NCBI GenBank assembly: GCA_963790205.1
Contig: CAWBNQ010000001.1
Span: 128,001-192,000 of the forward strand
DNA length: 64,000 nt
Direction of reading: 5' to 3'
From: Nitrospirota bacterium
GTDB lineage: Bacteria > Nitrospirota > UBA9217
Positions 29,346 to 39,052 of the stretch are shown here, piece by piece. The notes beneath the pieces were generated by a model. It made no database searches and had not been told where the DNA came from. It worked only from the letters and a program-made list of their open reading frames with translations. Both the position numbers and the translations under genes were made by a program. Position 1 is the first letter of the stretch. Every line of letters begins with the position of its first letter.

Positions 29346-30476
29346 TTATGCTTTCATCGCCCGTTCGATATCCTCGATCAAATCGTCCGCCTGCTCGATG
29401 CCCACGGACAGCCTCAAAAGCGAATCGGAGATGCCGGTCCGTTTCCGTTCCGTCGCCGACATCTTGGCGTGCGAGGTAACCGCGGGGGCGCAGATGGTCG
29501 TTTCGACGCCGCCCAGGCTCACGGCGGGCCTGATGATACGAAGGCCCCGGACAAACCGATCGGGATCGACCTTCGCTTCGTCCAGTTCGAACGACAGCAT
29601 CGCGCCGAAGCCGCTCATCTGCGACTTTGCAAGCTCGTGGTACGCAGAGCTCGCGAGGCCCGGGTAATTCACGCGGCGGACCTTGTTATGTTTTTCAAGA
29701 TACTGTGCAATGCTGCCCGCGTTCTCGGTTTGCCGCCCGACCCTGATCGCGAGCGTCATCATGCTTCGCTCCAGAAGTGCGCACGTTGCGGCATTCAGGC
29801 TTCCTCCCAGACTTCTCGCCGCGTCACGGACACGTTCCGCCTTTTCTTTCGTCGTGACCGCGACGCCGCAGCAGATGTCGCTGTGCCCGCCCAGGTATTT
29901 CGTGCCGCTGTGGACCACCACGTCGATGCCGAGCACATAAGGATTTTGATAGAGGGGCGTCGCGAACGTGTTGTCGATGATCGTCACCACGTCCCGCTTC
30001 CGCGCGAAGGCCGCGACCTTCCCGATGTCGATCACGCTCAAAAGCGGGTTGGTCGGCGACTCGATCACGATGACCCTGGTATTCTCCCTGACCGCGCTGC
30101 AGATTGCATCCGCGTCCGTTGCGGCAAACGTGCACGCTATGCCGAACCGGGAAAATTCACTCGTGGCGAACGCGTGCGTTCCGCCGTACAGCTCATCCAT
30201 CATCACCACGTGGTCGCCGGCCCGGGCAAAGGCCAGGATGGAGGAGCTGATCGCCGCCATGCCGGAGCTGAAGAGCGCGCCGTCCTCCGCCCCCTCCAGC
30301 GCGCAGACCTTCGCCACGACCGCGCTCTGGTTCGGCGTGTTGAAATAGCGCGGGTACACGGCTTGTTCCCGGTCGAGGTAATTGAACGCTGTTGATGTGA
30401 AGATTGGCGAGTTCACCCCGCCGTAGATCGTGTCCCTGATCGCTCCGCTGTGCACGCACTGTGTCTCTTTTTTCAT
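29346..30476 (-). CDS. PLP-dependent trans-sulfuration enzyme (cystathionine gamma-synthase/lyase family)
   Basis: FSSGMAAI, ESPTNP, DNTFATP, HSGTKYLGGHSD, LRLSVGIE. Confidence 0.9.
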   Translation of the reverse strand: MKKETQCVHSGAIRDTIYGGVNSPIFTSTAFNYLDREQAVYPRYFNTPNQSAVVAKVCALEGAEDGALFSSGMAAISSSILAFARAGDHVVMMDELYGGTHAFATSEFSRFGIACTFAATDADAICSAVRENTRVIVIESPTNPLLSVIDIGKVAAFARKRDVVTIIDNTFATPLYQNPYVLGIDVVVHSGTKYLGGHSDICCGVAVTTKEKAERVRDAARSLGGSLNAATCALLERSMMTLAIRVGRQTENAGSIAQYLEKHNKVRRVNYPGLASSAYHELAKSQMSGFGAMLSFELDEAKVDPDRFVRGLRIIRPAVSLGGVETTICAPAVTSHAKMSATERKRTGISDSLLRLSVGIEQADDLIEDIERAMKA

Positions 30477-30781
30477 TTTAGGCCTCCCGTTCCCTGCATG
30501 ACCGGTCTCTTCTCCTTGCTCAACTCCCGAATTTCCTTGTCGACAAAACACGCGGTGATTGTGCGGTAGGCCTTCTCCGCGATATCCGGGGCAAGCCCTT
30601 TTTCAACCGCTTTTGCCCTGACCCGCTCGATCACCTGCTCGACCCGTTTCGGTTCCCGCACACTTCCTTCGTTTTTCTTCAGCCTGCCGGCAGCGCTTAC
30701 CAGATCCGCCCGCTTCGCCAAGAGCGTGATGATCATGCTGTCGAGGTCGTCGATACTTTTTCTTACTCTCGTGAAATCCAT
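30473..30781 (-). CDS. AroQ-type chorismate mutase / PchB-like protein
   Basis: VRKSIDDLDSMIITLLAKR..AGRLK..R.P.RVEQVI. Confidence 0.85.
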   Translation of the reverse strand: MDFTRVRKSIDDLDSMIITLLAKRADLVSAAGRLKKNEGSVREPKRVEQVIERVRAKAVEKGLAPDIAEKAYRTITACFVDKEIRELSKEKRPVMQGTGGLK

Positions 30782-30817
30782 GGCCGTCTCCTATTCCCTG
30801 AGCTGTTCCAGCGGCGG

Positions 30818-30962
30818 TTAGATCACTCGCCTGCCGCCGAACATCGTGAATATCCCGTATTTGTAATAGCAGTCCACATCCTTAAATCCGATGCTTCGCA
30901 GCGCATCGAGCTGATCATGAAGCGTATTGGGTTTATTGTCTTTGTTGTCTTTATAACCCTCA
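30818..30962 (-). pseudogene. Orphan C-terminal fragment of a class I methyltransferase
   Basis: DNKPNTLHDQLDALRSIGFKDVDCYYKYGIFTMFGGRR parallels the neighbour's C-terminus QCQWLDEIGYEDVDCYFKVFELALFGGRK. Confidence 0.6.
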
Positions 30963-31685
30963 TGACGGCTTCCTTCCCCCGAACAGCGCGAGTTCGAATA
31001 CCTTGAAATAACAGTCCACGTCCTCATACCCGATCTCATCGAGCCACTGACACTGCAATTCCGCGGGCGCAAGGATATTGGCATCTTTGTCCGGCCTGTT
31101 ATAGAATTCATGGTCGATCTCTTCCCGTGAGTCTTTTGATCCGCTTCTCCTATGATAGGCATAGAGGGAGTCGACGAACTGTTCCGCAAACATTTTTTCG
31201 AGCCATTCCGACTTCGACGAGACATGTTCCAAGTTGAGGAACACGCCGCCCGGTCGAAGTAGACCGAACACTTCGCCATAGAGCTCTCTCTTTCGCGCAT
31301 CCGGCTGATGATGGATAGCGAACCCTGAAACAATCGCGTCGAACAGTCTCTTGTTTTGTACGGTATCGATCCAGCCGGTGTTTGCGAAATCAGCGACTAT
31401 GAATTCACAACGACAGCCGCACTTCTTCCGTGCCGCCGCGATCATCGTTTCCGAAAAATCGAGAAACACCCCCGTCGCGGCGGGATAACTCGACAGGATC
31501 GCCCTGCCGAGGATCCCGTCACCGCACCCCAGATCGAGGACCGTTTTGACGTCGGGCAAGGCCGTCTGGATGATCCTCATCATAATGCCGACCTGCTCGG
31601 CTGCAAAGGGAATGGCGCCGCGCACGTTTTCCAAAAAAGCCTTGGAAAGGCCCTCCGATTTCCAGACACCGTACTTTCTTTCCAT
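30960..31685 (-). CDS. Class I SAM-dependent methyltransferase
   Basis: VLDLGCGDG, FDAIVSGFAIHH, LRPGG. Confidence 0.9.
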   Translation of the reverse strand: MERKYGVWKSEGLSKAFLENVRGAIPFAAEQVGIMMRIIQTALPDVKTVLDLGCGDGILGRAILSSYPAATGVFLDFSETMIAAARKKCGCRCEFIVADFANTGWIDTVQNKRLFDAIVSGFAIHHQPDARKRELYGEVFGLLRPGGVFLNLEHVSSKSEWLEKMFAEQFVDSLYAYHRRSGSKDSREEIDHEFYNRPDKDANILAPAELQCQWLDEIGYEDVDCYFKVFELALFGGRKPS

Positions 31686-31708
31686 AGATGCCCCTCTTTC
31701 TTCTCTTC

Positions 31709-32410
31709 TCATTTCCGTCTCAGCCTCATGACTTTATTCGATCCCCGCTGGAACTCGAAAGGCACATCGGCAATCTCCGCATAGATGTCCTCCGACTTGA
31801 GAAAAGAAAGTAATTCCTTCATGTAAGGATAGGGTCTTGCATCCAAACCCTGCAAAGGAAATATCCTCACTTCTCCGGACGACACCCGCACCAGTTCCTT
31901 GAGGCAGGCCCGGTGAAATTCAAGGTCCAGCCTGTCGCCGTAGAGAAACAAAAAATGAGACGCCAGCACGAGCGAAAAAGCCTTATCGGGAAAGGGCAGG
32001 CATGGAAGCTCCGCATGCACGTACCTGCCCGCTGCGAGACCGTTGGAAAAATCGCGTGAAAACAAATCAAGCGACGCATTTCGGAACGATATGATTTCAT
32101 CCCTGTCTTTGTAGTACTTCCAGGTATACAGATGCCGCACCTCTTCGAGCTGATCGAAAACGTGCCCGATGTCTTTTTTGCCTTTCGCAAGCAAGTGTTC
32201 GACAGGGAGTTCGTAGAGCAGATCGCATGCGATAACGTGATATCCGTATTGGCACGCCTCCGCGGCGAACGAGGACGGTCCCGCCGCACAGTCTAGCACC
32301 GGGCCTTTCTGAAAAACGGTTTCGTCCAACCCGAACATCCGGCAATATTCGAAATACGTCCGGCCGATAAAGGCGATCCGGTCTATGTCCAATGCGGTTT
32401 TTTTGTTCAT
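31709..32410 (-). CDS. SAM-dependent methyltransferase-like protein
   Basis: VLDCAAGPSSF, LPFPDKAFSLVLASHFLFLY, EVRIFPL. Confidence 0.8.
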   Translation of the reverse strand: MNKKTALDIDRIAFIGRTYFEYCRMFGLDETVFQKGPVLDCAAGPSSFAAEACQYGYHVIACDLLYELPVEHLLAKGKKDIGHVFDQLEEVRHLYTWKYYKDRDEIISFRNASLDLFSRDFSNGLAAGRYVHAELPCLPFPDKAFSLVLASHFLFLYGDRLDLEFHRACLKELVRVSSGEVRIFPLQGLDARPYPYMKELLSFLKSEDIYAEIADVPFEFQRGSNKVMRLRRK

Positions 32411-32413
32411 GGC

Positions 32414-33220
32414 CTACTCTTTCACTGCCACGAGATATACCCTGTTGAATATCAGTTCCACTGTGCCGCCGTCGTTTGCCTGATCTCGAAATGATTCCCT
32501 CACGATCTCCCGAAAAGCCGCTGTATATATGCCGTCAACCGGCGCGGCATAGTAATCCTGGTTCAGATACCCGGCCGCCGCTCCGGACTCGAAAATGACC
32601 ATGACCTCGTCCGACGAGTGGAGCGTTTTGACCTCCTCGATCCTGGCAAAGGGCACGGAAAATCCCGCCCGCTCAAAGAGCGATGCATACTCCTCTTTCA
32701 TGTCGAGGAACGTCCACGGCGGACTGAATTCCAAAAAGGTCTTCGCTGTCCGGGGATCGCGAGCGACCGCGTCCATTGCTTTCACGAAATTCGGGCAATA
32801 CACTTTTTTTGCCGGGGCCTGGATGCCCATGCGTCCGCCTTTCTTCAGGGCCGCATGGCAGTTTCTGAGCGCCAGCCCGGGATCACGAAACCACTGGAAA
32901 GCGGAATTGCAGAATATGGCGGTAAATCTGTCACGATAATCGAGCTCCTCCGCCGTCTTTACGTCATATATGATGTCCATGCTCCGCTGTCCCAATTCCG
33001 CTTCACGGATCATCCCCGCCGAGGAATCGACGCCGACAACGTTGCCATCGGTCATTGACCTGATTTTCCGCGCCAGAGCCCCGGTACCGCAGCCCAGGTC
33101 CAGGACATCGTCATTACGCCGAATGTCGAGCAGTCCGATCAGTTTCTCTGCCGCTGATTTTTGAATGACCGAGTCTTGTTCGTATCTCGCCACAATGTTT
33201 GTAAAGTCATTTGATTGCAT
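32414..33220 (-). CDS. Class I SAM-dependent methyltransferase (Tam/BioC-like)
   Basis: VLDLGCGTG, GVDSS, CNSAFQW, LKKGG. Confidence 0.88.
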   Translation of the reverse strand: MQSNDFTNIVARYEQDSVIQKSAAEKLIGLLDIRRNDDVLDLGCGTGALARKIRSMTDGNVVGVDSSAGMIREAELGQRSMDIIYDVKTAEELDYRDRFTAIFCNSAFQWFRDPGLALRNCHAALKKGGRMGIQAPAKKVYCPNFVKAMDAVARDPRTAKTFLEFSPPWTFLDMKEEYASLFERAGFSVPFARIEEVKTLHSSDEVMVIFESGAAAGYLNQDYYAAPVDGIYTAAFREIVRESFRDQANDGGTVELIFNRVYLVAVKE

Positions 33221-33260
33221 ATCCGAACTCCTTACTCCTTACTTCTTACTCCTAACTTCC

Positions 33261-34127
33261 CTATTGCTTCTGTCCTGCTATCACTAGCACCACGCCGGCC
33301 AGGATGATCAGCATGGCCGCGATGCCCATCGCTGTGATGCGCTCCCCGGCAAACCAGACGCCGAGGAAAACAGCCAGGACGGGGTTTACATAGGCGTAGT
33401 TGGTGGCCAGGGCGGGCCGGACGTTCTTCAATAGATACGTGTACGCCGTGTAGCCCAGGAGCGATCCGAAGACAGCAAGATAGATGAGCGCCCCCAGCGC
33501 GCGCGAAGACGGATGCAGGGGCACGCGCTCGCCCGTGGCGAAACCGATCGCAAGGACGAGCAGTCCGCCGCTGAACATCTGGGCCGCGCTCGCCATCGCG
33601 CCGGGGGGAAGGGAGAGCCGCGTGCTCAACACGGATCCGAACGCCCACGATGCCGCGGACAGGGCGAGCAGTGCCGCGCCCGCGGGATGCGTCCGCAGAT
33701 CGCCCTCGAGGTTGAGAAGGACGATGCCCGCAAGTCCGAGGACGATCCCGGTCCATTCATTCCGAGTCGGCCACTGTTTCCAGATACCGGCAAAGAGCAC
33801 GGTCCAGAGCGGCGTCGTGGCAAGCACCAGCGCGGCCATGCCCGAGCCAACCCACTGCTCGGCATACACCACCCCGCCGGTCCCTCCCAGGAGCAGGAAC
33901 GTTCCCACGATCGCCGAGCCCTTCCACTGCTCTTTGGTCGGCGGCGACGCGCCTCTCCACCGCATGTACACGAACATGATCAGCCCCACCAGCATGTAGC
34001 GGGAACCCGCGGTGAAAAAGGGCGGAAAGCTCTCAAGCGAGAACCGTATCGCGAGGTACGTGGAGCTCCAGGCGAGGTACAGCGTAATGAGCGCCATCGG
34101 TATTTTCCATTTCCGTTTTTCGTCCAT
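33261..34127 (-). CDS. yedA: EamA/DMT drug-metabolite exporter, YedA-like
   Basis: About 10 TM helices; WSSTYLAIR, ATNYAYVNPVLAV. Confidence 0.85.
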   Translation of the reverse strand: MDEKRKWKIPMALITLYLAWSSTYLAIRFSLESFPPFFTAGSRYMLVGLIMFVYMRWRGASPPTKEQWKGSAIVGTFLLLGGTGGVVYAEQWVGSGMAALVLATTPLWTVLFAGIWKQWPTRNEWTGIVLGLAGIVLLNLEGDLRTHPAGAALLALSAASWAFGSVLSTRLSLPPGAMASAAQMFSGGLLVLAIGFATGERVPLHPSSRALGALIYLAVFGSLLGYTAYTYLLKNVRPALATNYAYVNPVLAVFLGVWFAGERITAMGIAAMLIILAGVVLVIAGQKQ

Positions 34128-34404
34128 ATAAAATGAAGCCTTTCACCTGCAACCCGGCAGATCTTTTACCACCAGAGGGCACAGAGAAAATCCTGCTTCA
34201 AGGGCATTGCTCGATTGCCGCACAAGCACATAATTCACAAAAGAAGGTCAGTCTTTTTTGAGTTTTTGTGCCTTATGTGGCTAATCAGACCCAGTCTTTC
34301 AGTCTTCTCCGCGTCTGAGGCTCCGTGTGAGAATAAATTTTTACGACTCAATCCCCTGGCATCCTTCTCTGTGTTCTTCGTGCCCCCGTGGTGAAATGTT
34401 TTGA

Positions 34405-34444
34405 AAAACAAAAAGGCCACGGAATTTGTCTTTTCCGTGGCCTT
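34405..34444 (-). terminator. Attenuator terminator in the leader of the yedA operon
   Basis: Minus strand aaggccacggaa-N8-ttccgtggcctt followed by tttgttttt. Confidence 0.8.
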
Positions 34445-34479
34445 GTGGGTGTTTACTATTCTATTTAATCAGTAAAAAG

Positions 34480-34566
34480 TTAATAGAATCCCCCTTCGGC
34501 CACGGCACTAACGTGCCATGCTGCCGCCAGACCGCGCTTCGTAATGAGGAGATTCATAGCGAACAT
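34480..34566 (-). CDS. Putative leaderless attenuator peptide MFAMNLLITKRGLAAAWHVSAVAEGGFY
   Basis: 28-codon ORF starting 6 nt after the -10 box; contains ccgtggcc, complementary to the terminator 5' arm. Confidence 0.6.
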   Translation of the reverse strand: MFAMNLLITKRGLAAAWHVSAVAEGGFY

Positions 34567-34572
34567 AGGATG

Positions 34573-34601
34573 AATATAGTTAAACTCCGGGAGCCTGTCA
34601 A
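34573..34601 (-). promoter_or_regulatory. Sigma-70 promoter TTGACA-N17-TATATT
   Basis: Near-consensus boxes with 17-nt spacing. Confidence 0.75.
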
Positions 34602-34746
34602 GTACTTTCTTACTTCCTTGGGTGTTTTAAGGGTAGTGTTTACTGCAAGTGAGAAGGAAGAAGTTAGAAGTAAGAAATAGTAGGGATTCTACGGAATCAA
34701 CTCAATTCATTCGCTCAGGATCGCAACATGATACCTGATCATGTTT

Positions 34747-34920
34747 CTACCCGACCTGCTTTCTATATTCCTTCGGCGTCATTTTGTATTGCTTCTGAAA
34801 ACACGCGGACAGGTATGACGGGCTTCCGAAGCCGCAGTCGAGGGCGACCTCGGTCATGGACTTGTCACCGGCAAGCAGCAGCTCCTTCGCGCGCTCCAGC
34901 CGGAGGTCCTGCACGAAAGT
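34747..34920 (-). pseudogene. C-terminal HTH remnant of an AraC-family regulator
   Basis: Manual translation FVQDLRLERAKELLLAGDKSMTEVALDCGFGSPSYLSACFQKQYKMTPKEYRKQVG*; in-frame stop just upstream. Confidence 0.8.
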
Positions 34921-34963
34921 TTAGGGCCGTTGGTTCACGGGATGAGCCCCCACATCGATTTAT

Positions 34964-35362
34964 CTACTTCTTATACAGTTTGAGGTCACAAATTTTTGCG
35001 ATGGTGTCAAAATCCCGGTCGTTATGGAGGAGCGTTGCTTTATGCTCAACGGCTATTTGCGCAACCAGAAGATCAACGGTATTTCTGACGGTAGCGCCTT
35101 TTTTTCTGCATTTTCGGTACAAGTCCGCGGCGGCAATGTAGGAGTTGGTATTGGTCAAGGAGAGAATGGGAAACGTTAATAACGATAACTTTACTTCCGC
35201 ATATTCATGCTCGTCTCGAATCCCCTGCAGGATTTCTGTAAGTGAAATATCCGGGATCGCGATTTCGTCATTATCCGCGACGAGCTGCTCGACAATCCGA
35301 TCTTCGCGGCTTCCCGTGCGGTTCAGAAATTCGATAAAAGCACTCGTGTCAACGAGTATCAA
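34964..35362 (-). CDS. vapC: PIN-domain toxin (VapC family)
   Basis: ILVDTS, EILQG, DLLVAQIA, LHNDRDF; TTG start overlapping the antitoxin. Confidence 0.9.
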   Translation of the reverse strand: MILVDTSAFIEFLNRTGSREDRIVEQLVADNDEIAIPDISLTEILQGIRDEHEYAEVKLSLLTFPILSLTNTNSYIAAADLYRKCRKKGATVRNTVDLLVAQIAVEHKATLLHNDRDFDTIAKICDLKLYKK

Positions 35363-35561
35363 TTCTCCGCCTCCGGCTTTGCGCAAGATTCCCTTTCCAA
35401 AGGCCGGCATGGCGCATTGAAAGCAGCTTCTTTCGCTTTAGTTGCCTGAGCAATTCATTGAGAGCCAGATCCACCACGTCTTTCTTGGTCTTGAGCGCGG
35501 TCATCTGTTTTACTTCGTTGACCAATTGATCGTCAAGAACGATATTTGTTCGTACACCCAT
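35349..35561 (-). CDS. vapB: VapB-family antitoxin
   Basis: RTNIVLDDQLV..KTKKDVV..AL; directly upstream of the PIN gene. Confidence 0.88.
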   Translation of the reverse strand: MGVRTNIVLDDQLVNEVKQMTALKTKKDVVDLALNELLRQLKRKKLLSMRHAGLWKGNLAQSRRRRIDTR

Positions 35562-35666
35562 ATCGATCACCTCCATACACATTGAATATACTGAATTTTC
35601 CGTATATTTGCAAGTAGTTTCCGAGTTTGGATCACATTATATTCTACTATTGAGTAAGACAGCCGT

Positions 35667-36176
35667 TCACCGGCGCTCAACATTGTCTATTTCCCGGAAC
35701 AGGTTTTCGCAGGCTCTTGTCGTCGCTTCCCCCGAGTACAGATAGCGTACCATGCCGTTTTTATCGATGAGCACGATGTTGGACACCTTCGGGGCTAGGC
35801 CGTAGGACGTAAATACAACGCCGTTCCAGTCCAGAAGAACGTGGGCGGGGCTTTTTTTGAATTCGTTCTTGACCGCGGCCTTCATAAAAAAAGGGACGCC
35901 CCGCGTGTCCGCGATTCCGATGATCGCGATCCGGTCCTTATAGCGCCCGTTGATCGCATCGACCCACTGCCGATTGTGCTTCGCCCCTTCGCCGTCGCTC
36001 GCCAGGAGAACGATGGGCCTTCCCTCCCCCTGCCGCAGGTCGTAGGGTTGGTCGTACTGGTCGCGCAGCGAAAATTCAGGCGCTTTGGCGTTGATGATCG
36101 TCCGAGCTCCCGCGCTCGCGCCGGCTGCCGCAAGGAGGCAGAGAAAGAGCAGACGAACGATGAAGCGTTTTCCCAT
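35667..36176 (-). CDS. Exported thioredoxin-like-fold protein (YtfJ-like, no CxxC)
   Basis: Signal peptide; APEFSLRDQY, LLDWNG, LIDKNGMVRY. Confidence 0.65.
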   Translation of the reverse strand: MGKRFIVRLLFLCLLAAAGASAGARTIINAKAPEFSLRDQYDQPYDLRQGEGRPIVLLASDGEGAKHNRQWVDAINGRYKDRIAIIGIADTRGVPFFMKAAVKNEFKKSPAHVLLDWNGVVFTSYGLAPKVSNIVLIDKNGMVRYLYSGEATTRACENLFREIDNVERR

Positions 36177-36287
36177 ACTATAAGCTAATCAATAATTATT
36201 CGGGTTGTCAAGTTGCCGCGCGCTTCCGGCCTTCTTTGCGTCCCCTGCTCGCTCCCCATACTCCTTGTTCAGGCCGCAGCCCGCTTT

Positions 36288-36605
36288 CTATCTCGCCCTG
36301 ACCTTCTTGTTGAACCCGGTGATCCTGGATACTATGTCTCTCGTCGACGGGAGGTCCTTTGCGGGCGCATCCGGGGCCGCGATCCCCTCGAAGAACGTGG
36401 CGCTGTACAGATCATAGAATTCGAGAATGTCCAGGCAGTCGTTGCCGACAGCCGTCCCATACCGGAGATGGTAAATTTCCCCTTTTTCAAAATAGATCCT
36501 GATCAGATCCTCGCTCGTTTCGACCACGCTGACATACAGGGCGCCGCTCTTTTTCTTGTCATAGAGCTCCCGCATCACATCTCCCAACATCCGCTCTTCA
36601 GCCAT
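36288..36605 (-). CDS. DUF4388/PATAN-like small protein
   Basis: KKKSGALYV..RIYFEKGEIYH. Confidence 0.6.
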   Translation of the reverse strand: MAEERMLGDVMRELYDKKKSGALYVSVVETSEDLIRIYFEKGEIYHLRYGTAVGNDCLDILEFYDLYSATFFEGIAAPDAPAKDLPSTRDIVSRITGFNKKVRAR

Positions 36606-36805
36606 AGCGTTCCTCCTCCCCCCTCCTTGTGGCAGTTCATCCCTATACGCGAAAAGCCCTTGTTCCCCTCACCGGCGACTCGCGTGAGGAATGAAACACC
36701 GGCTGACGGAGGACCGGATTTTCGCATAAACTCTTATGGAACATGGTACAACACACGCCATGCCTTCGCAAGTGGGCATCCGGCGGCCGAAGCTGACCAG
36801 CCTCG

Positions 36806-37345
36806 TCAGCGGCCGCGATCAGCCTGGGTCATGATTTTATAATTCTTAAAATCCGACCGGGAATAGATCCCCGGCATGGCATGATCTCCCTCCTCAAAAA
36901 TGAAATTCACTTTTTTTATCTCCGGATTTTCCGTCAGCGTGAACGTTACGGAAGCAAGATAGGCCTGCGCCCCCGAGGAACCCATTCTTTGAGTCAGGTA
37001 TTCGGCGTTTATTACCTCTACGGATGCCGTGTGATTCTTAACGTTCAGCAGTTTCACTTGCGGAGGGCCGTCCGGCCCTCGAGCTCCCTCCGTCCGGAAC
37101 GTCCCGGGGGCCTTGGCTGTTCCATTCAGGGCGGCGACGAGCTTTTTCTCGTCGTTCCTGATGGCGTCGATTTTCCCGCCGCGTACCAGCGCCTCTGTTT
37201 TGGCGTCGGAATCGACCTCAACATGCCAGATATAGTCGTTCTCCGGGAGCAAGGACCGGTGTTCCTTTAAATACGACATGACGCCGATAACGATGCCGAT
37301 GAAGGAAATAGTCAGCATCAAAGCAATAACCAGTTTTTTTTCCAT
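36806..37345 (-). CDS. Membrane-anchored GerMN-like protein
   Basis: N-terminal TM; MGSSGA..TFTLTE..IKKVNF.FEEGDH. Confidence 0.55.
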   Translation of the reverse strand: MEKKLVIALMLTISFIGIVIGVMSYLKEHRSLLPENDYIWHVEVDSDAKTEALVRGGKIDAIRNDEKKLVAALNGTAKAPGTFRTEGARGPDGPPQVKLLNVKNHTASVEVINAEYLTQRMGSSGAQAYLASVTFTLTENPEIKKVNFIFEEGDHAMPGIYSRSDFKNYKIMTQADRGR

Positions 37346-37411
37346 ACGATACCCCCGAAAATTGAAGTGACGGCAGTGCCCGTTCCTGTCTCCCGTAAGA
37401 TTCTGGTGAAG

Positions 37412-38674
37412 TTACCTCTGCCCCGTGAACTTTTTCCGTTCTCCTTCCTCGAAGATCCTTACCTTCCCATATTCCCCGTCATAGCCCGGAGCGATGTGGA
37501 CGCGGCCTTCGCGCATGCGGGCAACAGCCTCGCGGATGAGCGGCGTGCCCGCGCGCTCGATATCGTCGAGCGGAGCGTCCATGAGTATCTTGAATTCGCT
37601 CCCCAGTTTTTCGAGCAGGGCATAATAGACGGCATTCACCTTTTTCGTCTTCACGCCGCATTTCAGCCCCTCGGCGATGATCTCCGGCAACGGGATGATG
37701 GGAAAGTACGGCGGCGCGCCGGAAAGTTTGAAGCCCTCCTCGCGGTCGGCCAGTTTTTCGACCCGGTGCAGCACGCCCACGGTCACCTTCTTGCCGCACG
37801 CCGGACAAAGATAACCGTGGCGGATCGTTTCCCTTGGGGTAAAGCTTACTCCGCATGAGCGGTGGCCGTCGTTGTGATACTTCCCTTCCTCGGGAAAGAA
37901 CTCGATGGTGCCTGAAAAACCTTTCCCCGTTTTGATGGCTGCCATCATCGCGGAATAGGATATTTCGGTATCGAAGATATTCGCTTCGCGGCCGATCTTG
38001 GGCGCCGAGTGGGCGTCTGAATTGGACACAAGCGTTATACGGTCCAGGGCGGAGAGCCTGCGGTTCATGGCCGGGTCCGACGAAAGCCCGGTCTCGATGG
38101 CGTAGATGTGGGGCGTGAGCTCGTCGAAGCATTCTTCGAGCGTGTCGAAGCCCGAAACGGCGCCGAACACGGAAAAGTGCGGGGTCCAGGCGTGAGCCGG
38201 GATGAACAGGTTGTCCGGCGAGGCGTCGAGCGTCATCCTCAGCAGCTCCTTTGCATCGAGCCCCAGGATCGGCCTGCCGTCGGACTTGAGATTGCCGATC
38301 TTCGACAGGGAAGCATTCAGCCGCGCCGCGCTCGCGAGATCGGGCGAGAGAACGACCGCGTGCACCTTTCGGGTCTTGTCGTTCTTCCGGTAGATGCAGC
38401 TTATCTCCGCGGAGAGGATGAAAGAAACCTCGGACTTGCATGAATCGGGAACGCCGTCCGGCTGATATTTTTTCCTGAGCGTAAAGAGGCCGTTGTCCGC
38501 GGGCTCCAGCTTTTTTTGAAGCTCCCTGAGCCACTGGGGATGGGTGAAGTCGCCGGTGCCGATGACCGTGATGCCCTTGAGCTGCGCCCACTTCCAGATC
38601 CCTTCGGGCGACATGTCCTTGCTCGTTGCGCGGGAGTAGTGCGAGTGGACGTGAAGGTCGGCTATGAAGCGCAT
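37412..38674 (-). CDS. Endonuclease Q family protein (PHP domain)
   Basis: DLHVHSHYSRATS, GTGDFTHP, PAHAWTP, ETGLSSD, NSDAHS, CPACG, PGYDGEYG. Confidence 0.88.
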   Translation of the reverse strand: MRFIADLHVHSHYSRATSKDMSPEGIWKWAQLKGITVIGTGDFTHPQWLRELQKKLEPADNGLFTLRKKYQPDGVPDSCKSEVSFILSAEISCIYRKNDKTRKVHAVVLSPDLASAARLNASLSKIGNLKSDGRPILGLDAKELLRMTLDASPDNLFIPAHAWTPHFSVFGAVSGFDTLEECFDELTPHIYAIETGLSSDPAMNRRLSALDRITLVSNSDAHSAPKIGREANIFDTEISYSAMMAAIKTGKGFSGTIEFFPEEGKYHNDGHRSCGVSFTPRETIRHGYLCPACGKKVTVGVLHRVEKLADREEGFKLSGAPPYFPIIPLPEIIAEGLKCGVKTKKVNAVYYALLEKLGSEFKILMDAPLDDIERAGTPLIREAVARMREGRVHIAPGYDGEYGKVRIFEEGERKKFTGQR

Positions 38675-39052
38675 GCGGGATTATAGCATAATAGTATTTT
38701 TTTTCCACGGATTTGCGCGGATAAGCCGATATTGTCGTCCTCTCCTTTCGGGCGGGTGAGGCAAGGGGAATCAATGCGGGGATAAAGACCTTATGAAAGG
38801 TCTCATGACGGCATTTACCTGCGTTTCTCTAAATCCCTCACAGCCTCCCTCGTCGGCTATCCTTGGGAGCTTTCGTGGGGATCATGACATCAGGCTGGGC
38901 CATGCTTTCGGCACCATCGTAGTAAAACAGTTGCTTCTTCCGGGTATCCTGCGGGTCACGGAAGGAATTTACCGAATAGCCGGTGCTTCGTATCCCCGGG
39001 GTGAAACAGGTGTTCTTGACATGCTCGTCCAATATGCCTGTCCCAGGCCTGT

